Of a stretch of 64,000 nucleotides of DNA, positions 37,738-50,900 are shown in pieces (within the stretch, counting starts at the first letter, position 1; each line of letters opens with the position of its first letter). Below the pieces are notes generated by a model. It worked only from the letters and a program-made list of their open reading frames with translations, made no database searches and was not told the DNA's origin. The position numbers and the translations under genes were made by a program. This DNA comes from Takakia lepidozioides (Eukaryota > Plantae > Bryophyta). The stretch spans positions 78,368,001 through 78,432,000 of the forward strand of contig CM060732.1 of assembly GCA_030704615.1 (NCBI GenBank), read 5' to 3'.

Positions 37738-38545
37738 AGTGAAACTTTGTCGGCAAACTGAGTGCGGCTGGTTGGCAGCTTGTCTCATTAGCAGACATCA
37801 CTGAAGCTACAAGGAGATATTCATTTGGTTTCTTGTTTCATAATCAGAAATTTGGCCAGGACTACATCTAATGTTGCCATGTGATGGCTCCTGCATTAGA
37901 GAGATTATTAACAGGTCCGTGAATGTTAATGGTGATTGTTACCAGTTGTAAGCTTGGTCGTCCAATGGTGCAAACCCTCACGAGCAAGCAAGCGGAAATC
38001 TCATTCTCCTCAATCTGGCCTGGAATCTCACTGTGTAGCGAAACTTCAGCTTCAAGGTTGTTACGTTCATTTACAGATGCTGGATCAAATAGCTCACAAT
38101 CACTGTCGTTTCTACTGCGAAATTTAAGGGAAAATGGTCAAACTCATATTGTTACTCTCAGACTCCAACGCGTCCGCTATGCGTCACTGCGTCGAACACA
38201 CCAGAAGTTCCAACGCAGACGTTTATCAATATTGAAGTGCTCCACAAGCAACCTTGCGTGCCAAGAGTAAGTCTTGTCTCATTCAGTACATATGATCCCC
38301 ACTCGACCATCGACTTCGTCATTTGTCTAGCACTACTTCGAAGATTGAGTACTGAGTCTGTGGATATTACGAGCTAGCTGGGTAGCAGATCGGTTTAGAG
38401 ACATCAAAGTAGTCTACGCCAGCAGAGAGAATTAGCTGCGGATTGAGCACATCGGTTTAGAAACATCGGAGTACTCTTGGTTAGCACTAGAGATTTAGCT
38501 GCGGATTGGGGACACTAGAGGAGGTAGAGCACTAAGCAAGCAATC

Positions 38546-39193
38546 ATGAGGCGGGAGGGGCGAGTGCGAGGCAAGCCCACCAACAAGAGCAGGCTTACTG
38601 GGCGTTGCAGGGGCGGCAAGACTAGATGCCGCGGCTGCCGTAATAATCCCGTGGAGAAGTCCAGGGAGAAGCGGATGGGCAGATACAAGAGATTCGCAGT
38701 CGATGTGCGCACCAACCCTGCACTCTTTGACTTCCAGCTCGTCCAGCCTTCGCCCGCACATCTTCGAGGTGGATTGGAAGATCATGGAGATGAGAGATGG
38801 TGTTTCTCTGTCGAGGCGGATGAGAGCATGCTCGTTGCCACCGTCAACAGCATGATTGAAGCTGCCTTTGTCAAAATGCACGGGGGTTATGGAGGTGAGT
38901 GTGAGGGGGGCGAGACTACGGCCATGGCGTGTACTGCTTTTGAGCTTGCAAGTGGAGCAGCAATTCTCGCGGCTGATGGTACAGACATTGCTGCCATCGA
39001 ATCGGCTTTCCACAGAGAGTTGGGTATCTTTGAGAACGAAGTGGAAGGTTTAAGGTTCTCTCAATTTGCAACAAACGGGGGGTGCGCATTGAGTGAGGAG
39101 AGCTGGTCCGATGTTGGTCTTTTGGAGTCAGAGCAGGAGAGCTCGGTGGAGGACGACTGGTCGATGGTGGACGATGATGATGAAGATGTGTGA
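38546..39193 (+). CDS. Uncharacterised plant protein (MRREGR...KPTN.S..TG.C..C..C family), copy 1
   Basis: Intronless 215-aa ORF with a basic Cys-rich N-terminus and an acidic C-terminus ending EDDWSMVDDDDEDV. Paralogous to 40888-41538. Confidence 0.85.
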   Translation: MRREGRVRGKPTNKSRLTGRCRGGKTRCRGCRNNPVEKSREKRMGRYKRFAVDVRTNPALFDFQLVQPSPAHLRGGLEDHGDERWCFSVEADESMLVATVNSMIEAAFVKMHGGYGGECEGGETTAMACTAFELASGAAILAADGTDIAAIESAFHRELGIFENEVEGLRFSQFATNGGCALSEESWSDVGLLESEQESSVEDDWSMVDDDDEDV

Positions 39194-40887
39194 ACAAACG
39201 GCACGAGGGACTTCACGAGCTTAAATTCTCGCTCCACTTCCGAATTGGGAACAAGTAGTACTCAATGTCTTTCACACCGAATGTAGCGTTCCTTATACAG
39301 ACTTGCAGCCTGGAGGATGCAATCTGCAGACAACAGCCGAACAAAGTCATTATAGTCAGTGCAATTATTGACAGTCTCCCTATTCCCTATTCCGGCACGC
39401 CAACCGGCACCTGAAGAGCGGTCGTGTAGGAGGAAGATGATTTAGTGAATGATCAGAACTTCGATCCTTGCTGCAACATGGGACGATTACCGTACACTCT
39501 ATTGTAAATCCCACAACCTATAATGTGCACACAATCGGGTCTAGTTCGCATCCTCGGAGAACAGAGACTGAAGATTCAAGGGTTTCATCGAATGCACCTA
39601 GCTATACTCTCGTAAGCAGGCTCATTAGAACAATTCACTCCATGTTGCTCCTTGATTAGGTACTATACCAATCAGCAAGAGACATTACGTCTCGGTTACA
39701 CAATTATCAGAGTCTGCATCTTATCAATACACACGACAATGTCGAGAGTGACACAGTCCTAAAGAGATGTAGTGCAAGAGCTTGTGAAATATCTCATACT
39801 GTCGTTGAAACAAAGCAAGGAACAGTGTAGTAGTTAACCAAGCGTTGAAATTCATAATCTAGAGAGTTTCAAGGGAAGGGAACGGAATTGAAAAGCAAAT
39901 TCCTCCCAATTCTCTATATTCATGGCCATGTAATGTTTGTCACCATCACTTGTACATCTCATTACAACCGACTTCTCTTCTCCGTGATTCATTATTTTGA
40001 TTCAGTGATGATGGAGCCGAGGCTATGGCAACTCTACAGTACTAGCATGTAGATTGATCCCGAAACAAGGAGAAACATGCTTACCAATATGGTCGTGGTT
40101 GTGGGAGATTTCTAAACAAGTTCTAAGGAATGTTTTCTGAGGGAACAAATTGGGAACTATTGAAGCGGCTCAAGTGTGGTGTCCATCCTGAGACAGCGGC
40201 CACCTCGGCAGGGCACCCAGGCGGCCAATGACCAAGCTCAGACCACAGAAATCAGCATTTACAATGAATCCAATGCAACACTCCCCTAGTACTTCCTAGC
40301 ACTTAGTACTTAGTGCGCATCCTTCTTGAGTTGCAGACTCAGTCTGTATGATACTCTAATCGCTGTATGTGTGCTGATGAAAGTAAAATATTTGCTGTTG
40401 CCATGTTGCCATGTTTCCATCTTCCCTGCAGATATGTACTGCTTGTAATCAAATGGAAACATGGAGTAATCACCCTGCTCACTATCATATCGAGATTGCC
40501 TGTCAATCACGTATGTTCCGGCGATCGACTTCCTTTGCCCCGGCTAGATGTGGTGCGCATTCCAGTAGGATCTGGATTCTAGAACAAACCTAAGCTTGTG
40601 CGCATTGTTCATCACTGTCATGTAATATTGCCACCACATGTTTCTGCACAACTCCAATGAGTTCCGATCCATTGCATCAGGATTCAGGTGCTGCACCCTC
40701 TACATTTCATAGATTCAGTTCTTGCTTCGGCCCAGCTGGAGTCGACAATTGCAGTGATCACTCAATTTCGTCGTTGTGAAGATTGCCGGCTCTAGGATCA
40801 TCTCTTGAGGAGGTGGACATGGGTGTTATCAACAAAGTCTGCAAATGATTTCAGGAAGGCATAATTTTCAGCTCTTGTGCAGATTAT

Positions 40888-41538
40888 TCACACCTCCAAA
40901 TCTTCATCGACATCCACTATAGACCAGTCATCGTCCGCCGAGCTCTCCATGTCCAACAGATCCACATCGGTCCAGCTTTCCTCACTCACTGTGGACCCCC
41001 GGATCTTCCTCACAAACTGAGAGAAGCTGGAACCTTCCACTGCGTTCTCGAAGATGCCCAGCTCTCGTTGGAATGCCGATTCGATGGCAGCGATGTCTGT
41101 GCCGTCGACGCTTGCAAGGATTGCGCCATTGGCAAGCTCGTAAGTGGTGTAAGCCATGGCCGTAGTCTCGTCCATCTCACACTCATCTGCATAACCGCCA
41201 CGGTGCATTTTGACAAAGGCAGCTTCGATCACGCTGTTGACAGTGGAAACGAGCATGCTCTCATCTGCCTCGACAGAGAAACACCATGATGTCTCATCTC
41301 CATGATCTTCCAATCCACCTCGAAGATGTGCGAGCGAAGGCTGGACGAGGAAGTCAGCGAGTGCAGGGTTGGTGCGCACATCGGCTGCGAATCTCTTGTA
41401 TCTGCCCATCCGCTTCTCCCTGGACTTCTCCACGGGATGATAACGGCAGCTGCGGCATCTAGTCTTACCCGACTTGCAACGCCCCGTGAGCCTGCTCTTG
41501 TTGGTGGGCTTGCCTCGCACTCGCCCCTCCCGCCTCAT
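40888..41538 (-). CDS. Uncharacterised plant protein, copy 2 (inverted paralog)
   Basis: Intact 216-aa ORF colinear with copy 1. About 100 bp upstream of the ATG is also similar (gagagaattagctgcggattg...aagcaatcATG). Confidence 0.85.
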   Translation of the reverse strand: MRREGRVRGKPTNKSRLTGRCKSGKTRCRSCRYHPVEKSREKRMGRYKRFAADVRTNPALADFLVQPSLAHLRGGLEDHGDETSWCFSVEADESMLVSTVNSVIEAAFVKMHRGGYADECEMDETTAMAYTTYELANGAILASVDGTDIAAIESAFQRELGIFENAVEGSSFSQFVRKIRGSTVSEESWTDVDLLDMESSADDDWSIVDVDEDLEV

Positions 41539-44324
41539 GATTGCTTGTTTAATGCTCTACCTGCTCTAGAGTGTCCTCAATCCGCAGCTAATTCTCTCTG
41601 CCAACGTCCAAGGCTGCTTCAGATGATGTTTCTAAACTTGTGTGCGAACCCAACTGGGAATGTCGAGGGACTGACTAATTGCCTGACGATGGAAAGAATG
41701 CCGATCGAGCGCTACTGCACCAGTAGGGATACTTTCCTACACTAATGACGAAGGCGATGCCTTCGTCAGGGTTATATTGTGAAAATGATGTTGAGATTTC
41801 TTGGCACGCAAGGTTGCTTGGGGAGCACTTCGATGAAGAGAGGCTACGCTTGGAGAGATTCTTCTATTGAGGGGCGCAGCACATTTGGAGGCTTCTAGTG
41901 CAAGTCTGACGGCTGTGCAGACTTTGCTTAAGATAGGCCACAAGCTGGAGTCCAGGAATTCTGTAGCTCCGCGTCCAGTTCGTTGCTGCATTTCGGGGAT
42001 ATCGCTTTACCGACAGCAGGGAGAGTGAGCTGTTACTTCAAGCGTTTGTTTCTCAATCTCTCACTCGGATTGCGTACAACCAGATTGAGCCTGAGTGGAG
42101 GATGAATTTGACACTTGCCAGATATCACGTGATTGGAGACGAACTGTAATGGCCGCAAATTCACCGTTGACTTTATTCCCGTAAAATGCGCCTAGTACGT
42201 GTTCTGAGAACTTCAACGTACGAGTCGATGGCAATGGCAAATCTTCAAGAGAGAATTGCAGTTGGCTTGCAAGTTGAAGAACTGTTGTGACCAACTTTGA
42301 TACGTAGATTCATTTATAATTTCATTCTTTATACTGTAAAAGCACAACAGTACTGATTCACAACTCTATGTTGTTTGGATCTGGTGGCTGCAGACCTGTC
42401 CTCTCTCTTGGGGATCAGTCCCGTCCATAATAATCATGCAAACCGCCAATAAATGACACAGACACAGCTTGCGACGTTGATTCTCTTGTAGATTTCCATT
42501 GAAGGCCCCATCTAGATTTCAAAATTCTTGCCAACTCCCTTTCCCTCGCTGTCTATTCGCTCCGGTAAGAAAGTAACTGCTCTAACTACACAATGCAGGA
42601 TTTACAGAAAATCTCCAATCTATTGTACGACAGACCTCTCTCTCGGAAGCGGACTCGTTCTATCTGTCCCTGTGTGTTCCTTCAGGTAACATTTATGTTC
42701 GGCCCGATATCCTCTACATGCTCGGCATGTGCACTGCAGCAGGAAATCTTGTCGGGAAATCTATGTATGCAGATGAACGAAGACTCTCCCAATCTTCCAT
42801 CTTTTCCCTATTTGTCTCCCGTTTTGTGGGTCGTTTCGCTCTGGCGGTTACAGTCTGCCAAAGCGAAATCTGCGATCTACCCACCCAGTATAGCATACAA
42901 ATATGCGCTTTCAGTTTAACCATCACTGAAATCCGCTCCCAAATTCTGGAAAACTTCTCATGTATGGCAACCAAGTTGGCTAATCTAATTCAGGGGTGCC
43001 AACCAGCGCAGGTTCTCAAAAGGCTAAGAAATGAGTTTGCATGTCGGCAGGAAAGTAAGAGAAGAGCAGATGAGGCAGGATGGCAGCGTGGCCCAAGTGT
43101 AGAACGGATTCAATTCCTGGCACCGAGACTGCAGCCACCCCTTTGTTGTTGCACCAACTTCAACTTCTGTCTACGTATTCTGTGCAGTATACGTACCGAG
43201 GTAGATACCCACCTCGCGGGGGAACGTAGGTATAATTTTCCATTTGGAAAATCAACTTGTCAGAGGAAGGAATATGATCAGTAGACCTGGGGTTCGTTAT
43301 GTATAAGAAAATCAAATGGGGAATTCCGTTAATGAACCATATTTATAATCCCATATTCTTTGTATTGGTTTTACTTGGCCTCTCATTTTAAGATAATAGG
43401 GTCTTCAATGGGCACCTGCGATGTGGCTGGTGGGGCCTCGCGCACGGACGCCTGGCTCCCCGCGCGCCCGCCCCGCCCTGCCCGTCGCTGTGCGCGGTCG
43501 CCCAGCCGCGGGCACGGCTGCAGCAACCGCGCCCGCGCCCCCGTCCGCCGCGCGGCCAGTCCCCGCCCATGAGTCCGCTGCCCTCTAGTCTGCCAGTCCG
43601 CTGGCCAGTCCCTTGCCATCCAGTCCGATGACGGCGCAGCCACCGTCCATTCCCATAACCCATCCGAGCCCTCCATTTTTAGGGCTGCGAAAATGGCAAT
43701 GATCTTCCCACCAAATCCCGGCCGCTCTCTATTGACGGCTGTTTGTTGTCCGATGTTGCGGTAGGCGTTTCCATGCACGCAACTGTTCCTCTTTTGCGCG
43801 CGATGTTCATGATGATGATGAAGCGTGTGCTTGAACATGAGAGGACTGTCTGGGCACTACAGTCACATCGTGCATATGCTTCCACTATTTTGCCTTCTTG
43901 TTGTGCTTTCGGGAACCTTCGTTTTATGGTTTGGTTCTATGTCATAAATATGGAAAATGCGGACATCTATCGTCGATAACGTCCTCTGCTTGTGATCCGT
44001 CATGATACGTTTAGCCCCTTCGTACTGCATCCCTCATGAGAGCCTTCACAAGTTTAGTTCGTTAAAGGAACCCATGGGTAACATGGGCGCGAAAATGGTG
44101 GAAGCGTATGCACATGGGGGCGTCTATTGCAGATTTCGTTTCGGACGATGGGACTGTTTATGTGACCATGTATAGCGGCTTGCATCCGTCGTGCATAAGT
44201 TGTGGAAAAGGGTGGAGAATCTGAAGAAACCCAGCTTTGTGATGGATCCACATGGTATTATATAAGGGATGGCAGCACAAAAAAGCAATTCGAGTCGTCA
44301 CGGAACACCATCCAGTCGTAAGGT

Positions 44325-44423
44325 CCTCAAACATCCACACGCACCTGCTGAATGCAGATGTCTAAGCCACGACGGGAGATGTCTGAGACAATTGCATCTG
44401 CAAATGCGCGTGGATGTTTGAGG
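44325..44423. repeat. Imperfect inverted repeat (~39-bp arms, ~22-nt loop)
   Basis: Left arm cctcaaacatccacacgcacctgctgaatgcagatgtct; reverse complement of the right arm cctcaaacatccacgcgcatttgcagatgcaattgtct. Confidence 0.85.
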
Positions 44424-45376
44424 TCCGTTGTGTCGCGAGTCTGTTCACAGTGGGTCCGCTGGCCCGTCTGCTCCGGATATTCCCCTTATCCCGTGCATAA
44501 CAGTCAGTTTGGAGGCGGTCTGCTGGAAGTCCATCTGTTGGGATAGCAGTCTGTTGCACTTGTGAATTTGTCAGTCTGTTGTGTCGGAAGTCTGTTGCAC
44601 TAAGTCTGTTTGACTTCTTATTTTCCCTCCGGTCAGTCTTTTGGCTTGTTCTCCCGCCTGTCTGGCGAAACGTCCGTCTGCTGACAGTTCTCTTCTATGG
44701 ATATCAGTCTGTTGGACTGTGCATGCATCAGTCTGTTGTGTCGCGAGTCTGTTCACAGTGGGTCCGCTGGCCCGTCAGTGCTCCGGATATTCCCCTTATC
44801 GCGTGCATAACAGTCAGTTTGGAGGCGGTCTGCTGGAAGTCCGTCTGTTGGGATAGCAGTCTGTTGCACTTGTGAATTTGTCAGTCTGTTGTGTCGGAAG
44901 TCTGTTGCACTAAGTCTGTTTGACTTCTTATTTTCCCTCCGGTCAGTCTTTTGGCTTGTTCTCCCGCCAGTCTGGCAAAACGTCCGTCTGTTGGACAGTT
45001 CTCCTCTATGGATATCAGTTTGTTGGACTGTGCATGCATCAGTCTGTTGTGTCGCGAGTCTGTTCACAGTGGGTCCGCTGGCCCGTCAGTGCTCCGGATA
45101 TTCCCCTTATCGCATGCATAACAGTCAGTTTGGAGGCGGTCTGCTGGAAGTCCGTCTGTTGGGATAGCAGTCTGTTGCACTTGTGAATTTGTCAATCTGT
45201 TGTGTCGGAAGTCTGTTGCACTAAGTCTGTTTGACTTCTTATTTTCCCTTCGGTCAGTCTTTTGGCTTGTTCTCCCGCCAGTCTGGCGAAACGTCCGTCT
45301 GCTGGACAGTTCTCCTCTATGGATATCAGTCTGTTGGACTGTGCATGCATCAGTGTTGTGCCGCGAGTCTGTTCGC
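44424..45376. repeat. Tandem array, ~310-bp unit x3 plus a partial copy
   Basis: Anchor gttgtg(t/c)cgcgagtctgttc at about 44427, 44735, 45046 and 45355. Units are near-identical. Confidence 0.95.
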
Positions 45377-46005
45377 AATGGGTGTGTTCGACTTTCCTGT
45401 TCTCCCCTTACTCTTTTGTCTTCATTCCGCTGGCAGGGAAGTGCCTCCAATATGAAGCCGCTTCGCCTCAGCAAAGCGAATAGTCCGCTGGACTGGCGGT
45501 CCGATGGACTCTCGGCCCGATGGGAAATGAGTCTCTGCACTTGCGAGGAGCGTGGATGAATTTAGTACGATCCGTTCGTTCGGTGGACGTATTCAATGCG
45601 ATGACGGCGGATAGTTGGCGCCTGTGAAATCGCGTCACGTTGGCAGTGTCATGCCCGCTTTCCCCCTTCTACTTCTACTTTCTCCATTCTCTTCGCGCTT
45701 GTTTTTCGCGCCTGTTTCTTCGCACAGTTTTGCACTGCTTTGTTTTCCTCTTTGCGTTTCCATCACTGTAACGAAAGACAACCGTTCTTCCCCAGGTGTG
45801 GAGAGTCGCGGTGAGCCGCGAAGCGTCGCAAACACGCTCGCCTTCGTAACAACTCGAAGTTCATCGGCTCGGTGAGGTTCTGACTTGCTGCAGTGTTTCC
45901 ATTCCATTCTGTGTCCTCTTCTTGCTTAGGGTGAGTCTTTTCATAGGACTTCTATCTGTCGCTCTGTCGCTCATTGTCCTTGCACCTTCGTTTCATTCTG
46001 CAGCG

Positions 46006-46986
46006 ATGGAGGATGCGAAAAAGGTGGAGCGGACTGGTTGGATTTTGTGCACCAAACCAGACTGAAGAAGGAGCGAAGGTACTGGTACTCACCAGACGAG
46101 TTTGATCATAAAATAGTGGAAGCATTTGTAGACCTCCGCGCCCGGAAGCCCAAAAACTCGAACTGGCAGAAGGACAAGCTCTTCTGTCCCTTCTGTGAAG
46201 AGGTAATCAAGGACAAAATCCAACTAAATCGGCATTGTGTTGACACGGGTTGCAAGGAGACTGTTGCAATGATTCCACAAGATTTCAAGCCTTGGCCGAT
46301 ACTGAAAGAAATGTCGATTGTCAAAGAGGCCACAATGCGCTTGCGCGGATTAGTGCTTGACCCCCGCACTTTGGAATTAGACGAAGTGCGCGCACGGTGG
46401 CATCCATTGTGGTGGCCCGTCAATGGAGGATTTGCAAGTGCAGGGAGGAACGCTGGACGCTCCCAGAAAACGTAAACTGAGTGATGGGGCCCAAAAAAAG
46501 GAGAGGCAAAAAAAGGAGAAGGCTGCAAGGTCTGCTCGCGAGGCAAGGCCAAAATCCACGCAACAGACTGAACCCCGTCCTGGGCGGCAGACCCACACCA
46601 TCAGTACTGATACTGAAAATGAATCTGCTCAGGGCCTGGAAAGGGTGACAAGTCCAGTGGACATTGACTTGCCTGACCAGACTCGGCAGCAGACTCATAC
46701 AAATATCGCGACCCATGCCATCGGTTTAGGGTCAAAACCAAAAACTCAACAGAGCACTAAAGGGCCAGTCTGCCCTGGCACATTGCGCCTCGTTGACTTT
46801 GGGCTTTTCCCACCAGAGTGCCCACCAATTGGGGATCCAGACTTCTTCCGTTATTTCTACAAAGTTGCCCAGTCAGGTCTGCTACGCACATTAATCCGAC
46901 AGGCGGAACAAAACTGGTTGAACAGCTTTGAAGATGAAGATGACGATGATGAAGTAGAGGAGATAATGGTCAGTCTGACCGCCTAG
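46006..46986 (+). pseudogene. Frameshifted ORF with a C2HC-like Zn finger and acidic tail
   Basis: FCPFCEEVIKDKIQLNRHCVDTGC, then a basic NLS-like RKRK..KKERQKK segment and an acidic end. Split over several frames. Confidence 0.45.
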
Positions 46987-47949
46987 TCTGTTCTTTGTGC
47001 TGTTTGAGTCCATCATCGGGATCACGTTGCCTATTCAGTCTGGTCAGTCCCCTGCGTTCTCTCCTCAATCCGCTGGCTCAGTCCGCTCGTCAGTTAGTCT
47101 GTTTTATATCGCTGCATTACTTACTGAGTCCGTTTGTCAGTCCGTTTGTCAGTCCGTTTGTCAGTCCGCTGGTCCAGTCCACTGGTATAGTCTACTAGTT
47201 GCCTCCACCCTACGTACGCACGTTACAGTCTGCTGGTCTGTGAGTCCAGTCCGCTGCATGAGGTGAATATAGAGTCCACGTCCATGTTCCTGGCGTCGAA
47301 GTTCTCTGCCGTGTACCAGGATGAACGTGTTTCAATTCGTAGGGCCATTCAGGCTTGGCAGATACCTAGCAATGATGCTCCTTTACAAGCGACTGCAGTG
47401 CGTGCGGAAGTGGACCGCGTGCGAGAGTACATATTATTGAGTAGTATCTTGGGTCATCTGCTGCTATAGCGGCATTACATATTGAAGACGCGTCAGGCGG
47501 ATTCTAAAACATGGTTGGCTTCCTCAATAGAAAACTCCATGGAATAATGAAAGGGTACAAATGACCACCGGCGGTCCACAACGATCCGGTGGAGCTCATT
47601 ATGCCAATCCAAATGGGGATTAATTCCCCACCCTAAGCCGGGGAAGTGTGAGGTCTTCAGCTCCGGGGCGAATTACCGGTGATGGCGATCGCCAAACTGC
47701 AAAAAGTGTCGTGCTATGTGAGAGAAAGGCAGTCTGCTGGTCAGTCTGCTGGTCTGCAGTCTGTTGGATGACGGACTTCCATTGGCATGGGCTGCATGAT
47801 GGGCTCCTGGAGAGGAATCTGCAGGATGACAGGCTGCTCGTTGGGAGTCTGCTCTCTTGGAGTTTGCTGGATGACAGGCTGCTGAATGGGAGTCTGCTGG
47901 ATGGCAGACTCGGCTGTCCCAGACGCATTCACATTGAAGACACAAGCGA

Positions 47950-50900
47950 CCAAAATGCGCCGCCTCTACTTGTGCAGCTGATTCTCATGGATGACCCACG
48001 GCCTGAAGACCTCAGACATATGCCTATGGCACATCCAATTTTTGGGGTGCGAAGAAAGCACTTGTTCAGATTGACTAAGGAGGACTTTGAGCGCATGGCA
48101 GCTTCCTTCCTACAACACAGATGGATGCAATTTGGCAATTTCCGCTCATACAACAAGTTGATGAAGGAGGCATTGCACTGGTTTGCATTGGTGATGGAGC
48201 GAGCAGTATTCGACATTGTTTTGCAGAATCCCAATGTCTTCAAAGTCCTGTGGTGTGGGATCCCAACTGAAGACCGCATCGGCACCATTGCTCATCTCGA
48301 TGGAGCATGCCTGTGCCGGCAAATCAAGGACATTGGCCTCGTCGGAAATCTCTTGGAAGGTAAAATGTTATGGGCAACTTTCGTGTTTCAGCTCAATTTC
48401 TTTTGCCAACTTTTTTACAAGTTCACATTTGCATAAACATGTGTTGCAGGGCGAGTTGATCTGGGAGACAAGCAAGTGTAGGCTGCTTTTGACTCTTTTG
48501 CCAGAGGTGCAAGGGACCTTGTCCTGGCTTTACAAGGAGTTCGGGAGACTGGCCACAAGAATGTCGAACAACATATTCCCCACGACACATGTGGGCAGAC
48601 TGCCTAAGTGCTGAAGACTGAGCATGTGCACCAGACCGTCCCGGGTAATAGGCCGGATCACTCCCAGCAAACTGCCCCGCACACACATACTCAGTATGTG
48701 CAAACAGTACTGAGCGGGCAGCGAACTTTGCAGACTTTGCAGCAGACCGAGAACAGACCGGCCAACAGACTGCCCCTCAGCCGACTGTGCAGCAGACCAG
48801 CAAACATGGCCACCAGACTGCCCCTCAGCAAACTGTACAGCAGACTGTGCAGCAGACCAACAAATCCAGCCAGCAGATTGCCCCTCAGCAGACCGTGCAG
48901 CAGACCGACGAATCCAGCCAGCAGATTGCCCCTCAGCAGACTGTGCAGCACACTGGCAAACCTACTCAGCAGATGGCCGAGCAGACTATCCAGGAGACTA
49001 ACAGCCAGTCTGTTCCCTGGATTGTGCAACAGACTCGGATGCACTGGCCTCACCGGGACCCTGTGGACGAATTTCTGCTGAGTTCCCAACAACATGTTTT
49101 TGGATCTGCCAGTATGAGTGTTTTGACCGAGTCCACTTTTCCCCCAGGCACATTCACTGACGACGTCATCAGGTCACCAGTAAAGCATTCTTATCCAGCT
49201 CCCCGTGGCCTGCCTTCTATGACCTTCCAAGTTAGTCCGGTTTTCGTGCGCTCAGTGGCGAAAGCCATAGATGAGTCCTACGTGATGACCGAACTCAATC
49301 TGGGAACGCAAAACCGTATCATAGACAGAAGAGTCTGAGGAAGCAATTGCCGGTGGGTCTTCCATACATGTTCTTGATGTTTCCCAAGTCCATGGAGATC
49401 CGAACACCCAGCCGGCTGTCCACCAGACTGACCAGCACACTGAACAGTGGACACATGGAAGGACTGCCGAGCAACGTGTGGCGGGGCAGCATACTGTCTT
49501 CATTGATGAGCAGACTGAACCGCAGACTAACTAGTAGACTGCACAGGTCACAGATGGAAGGACTGACCAGGATGGCTCGGAGCGGCAGACTGCACAGCTC
49601 AGCTCTGACTGCACAGTTCAGATTGCACGGCCTGACCAGCACACTGCACACTTCACAGAGGGAAGGACTGACGACCAACCTGCCACCAAGCACATTGCCC
49701 ACATTGAGGAAGAGATTGAACTGCAGAGTTGCCAGCAGACTGCACAGTTCACAGACGAAGAACCAACGGCCGAGCAGACTGCCCACATTGAGCAACAGAC
49801 TGAACATGTTGGCAGGCACACTGACAAGGAACCACATGCGGCGCAGACACCGTCTGGTTATAGCATTGGATTACATGGAGTCTGCTCCATCACCCCTTGG
49901 GCAGGTTGTGCCATTTCCTCTTTCAGCACTGTTGTTTATGTTTTAGCACATTATGAAATTGGACTAATTCGACATTTTGCTCAGTATCCTCACAGGATGT
50001 TCGTCCCTACGTCGGCAGACTGTGTACTTCTGAGGATGACATCTTCCGCCCATGCTGCAAATGTGGGATCGACAGCCAAGAAATGTGTGGGGGTGAGCAC
50101 GCGCCCCGATGCGCGGGTCAGTTCTACGCATACGACCCACGAAGCTGCAAAAACAGGTCCAACAAGTGTAAACAAACCTGCTGACCAGCCTCTGTTGCGA
50201 GAGAAGTAGGGCGGCAGCGCTGCGTTTGTCTGCCTATCCAGCCGCCTACAGCTGTCCCTGCTTCCCAGGGAGAGGTCAAAGCCAAGAAGCGGACTGTCGT
50301 GGACCATGCTGAGGAGGTCGAGGAGGGTTCGAGTACCAAGAGAACCGCGAAGAAAAGTCTGGCGTCTTTTGAACAAGAACCGCAAGCTGGCCTTGGACAT
50401 GACAAAGATGTGGGTCGGTTCCTGGAGCAGCACAGGTGAGTACTGTGCTCAGTCTCCTCGTCTGTCTTTCTCGATAGAGACTTGCATAAATATCCCTTTG
50501 TTCTAGGGTGGATTCAGAAGCTTCATGCGCAGTGCTTAGGGTACTCGATGACTCACCAAAGTGGCATGAGATTGTCCAGCATTTCAGTTCCACGCGCCTG
50601 ATGTGCCCAACAACCTTCAGCTGGAGTGTGGCTTTTCGTCATGTCATTCATTCAAGTGTTTTAGAGTGGGTAAAAGTCAGAGCAAATGTCTCCAAGACTG
50701 CAAAGCCAGAGAGAGGAACAACCTTTCACGAAGGATTGGTTTACTTTCAAGTTTGCACTTGGGCAGCGAATGGAGTGTGCCCAGTATCGTGCGGGGGTTG
50801 GACATGTAGAGAAACTGCTCTCATGAGTATGATGTACTTGTCATGTAAGTCTATGTACCGAAATAAAAAATGCGAGTCTTTTCGCGTACTATTCCCAGTG

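Noticed and set aside
43196-43232. Helitron 3' terminus (hairpin cgaggtag...ccacctcg)
   Set aside because: The hairpin is real, but no CTRR follows at the expected distance on either strand.
42593-43284. 188-aa and overlapping ORFs
   Set aside because: No recognisable motif or splice structure; likely spurious.
44424-45376. CRISPR-like array
   Set aside because: Whole units are near-identical with no unique spacers, there are no cas genes, and the context is eukaryotic.
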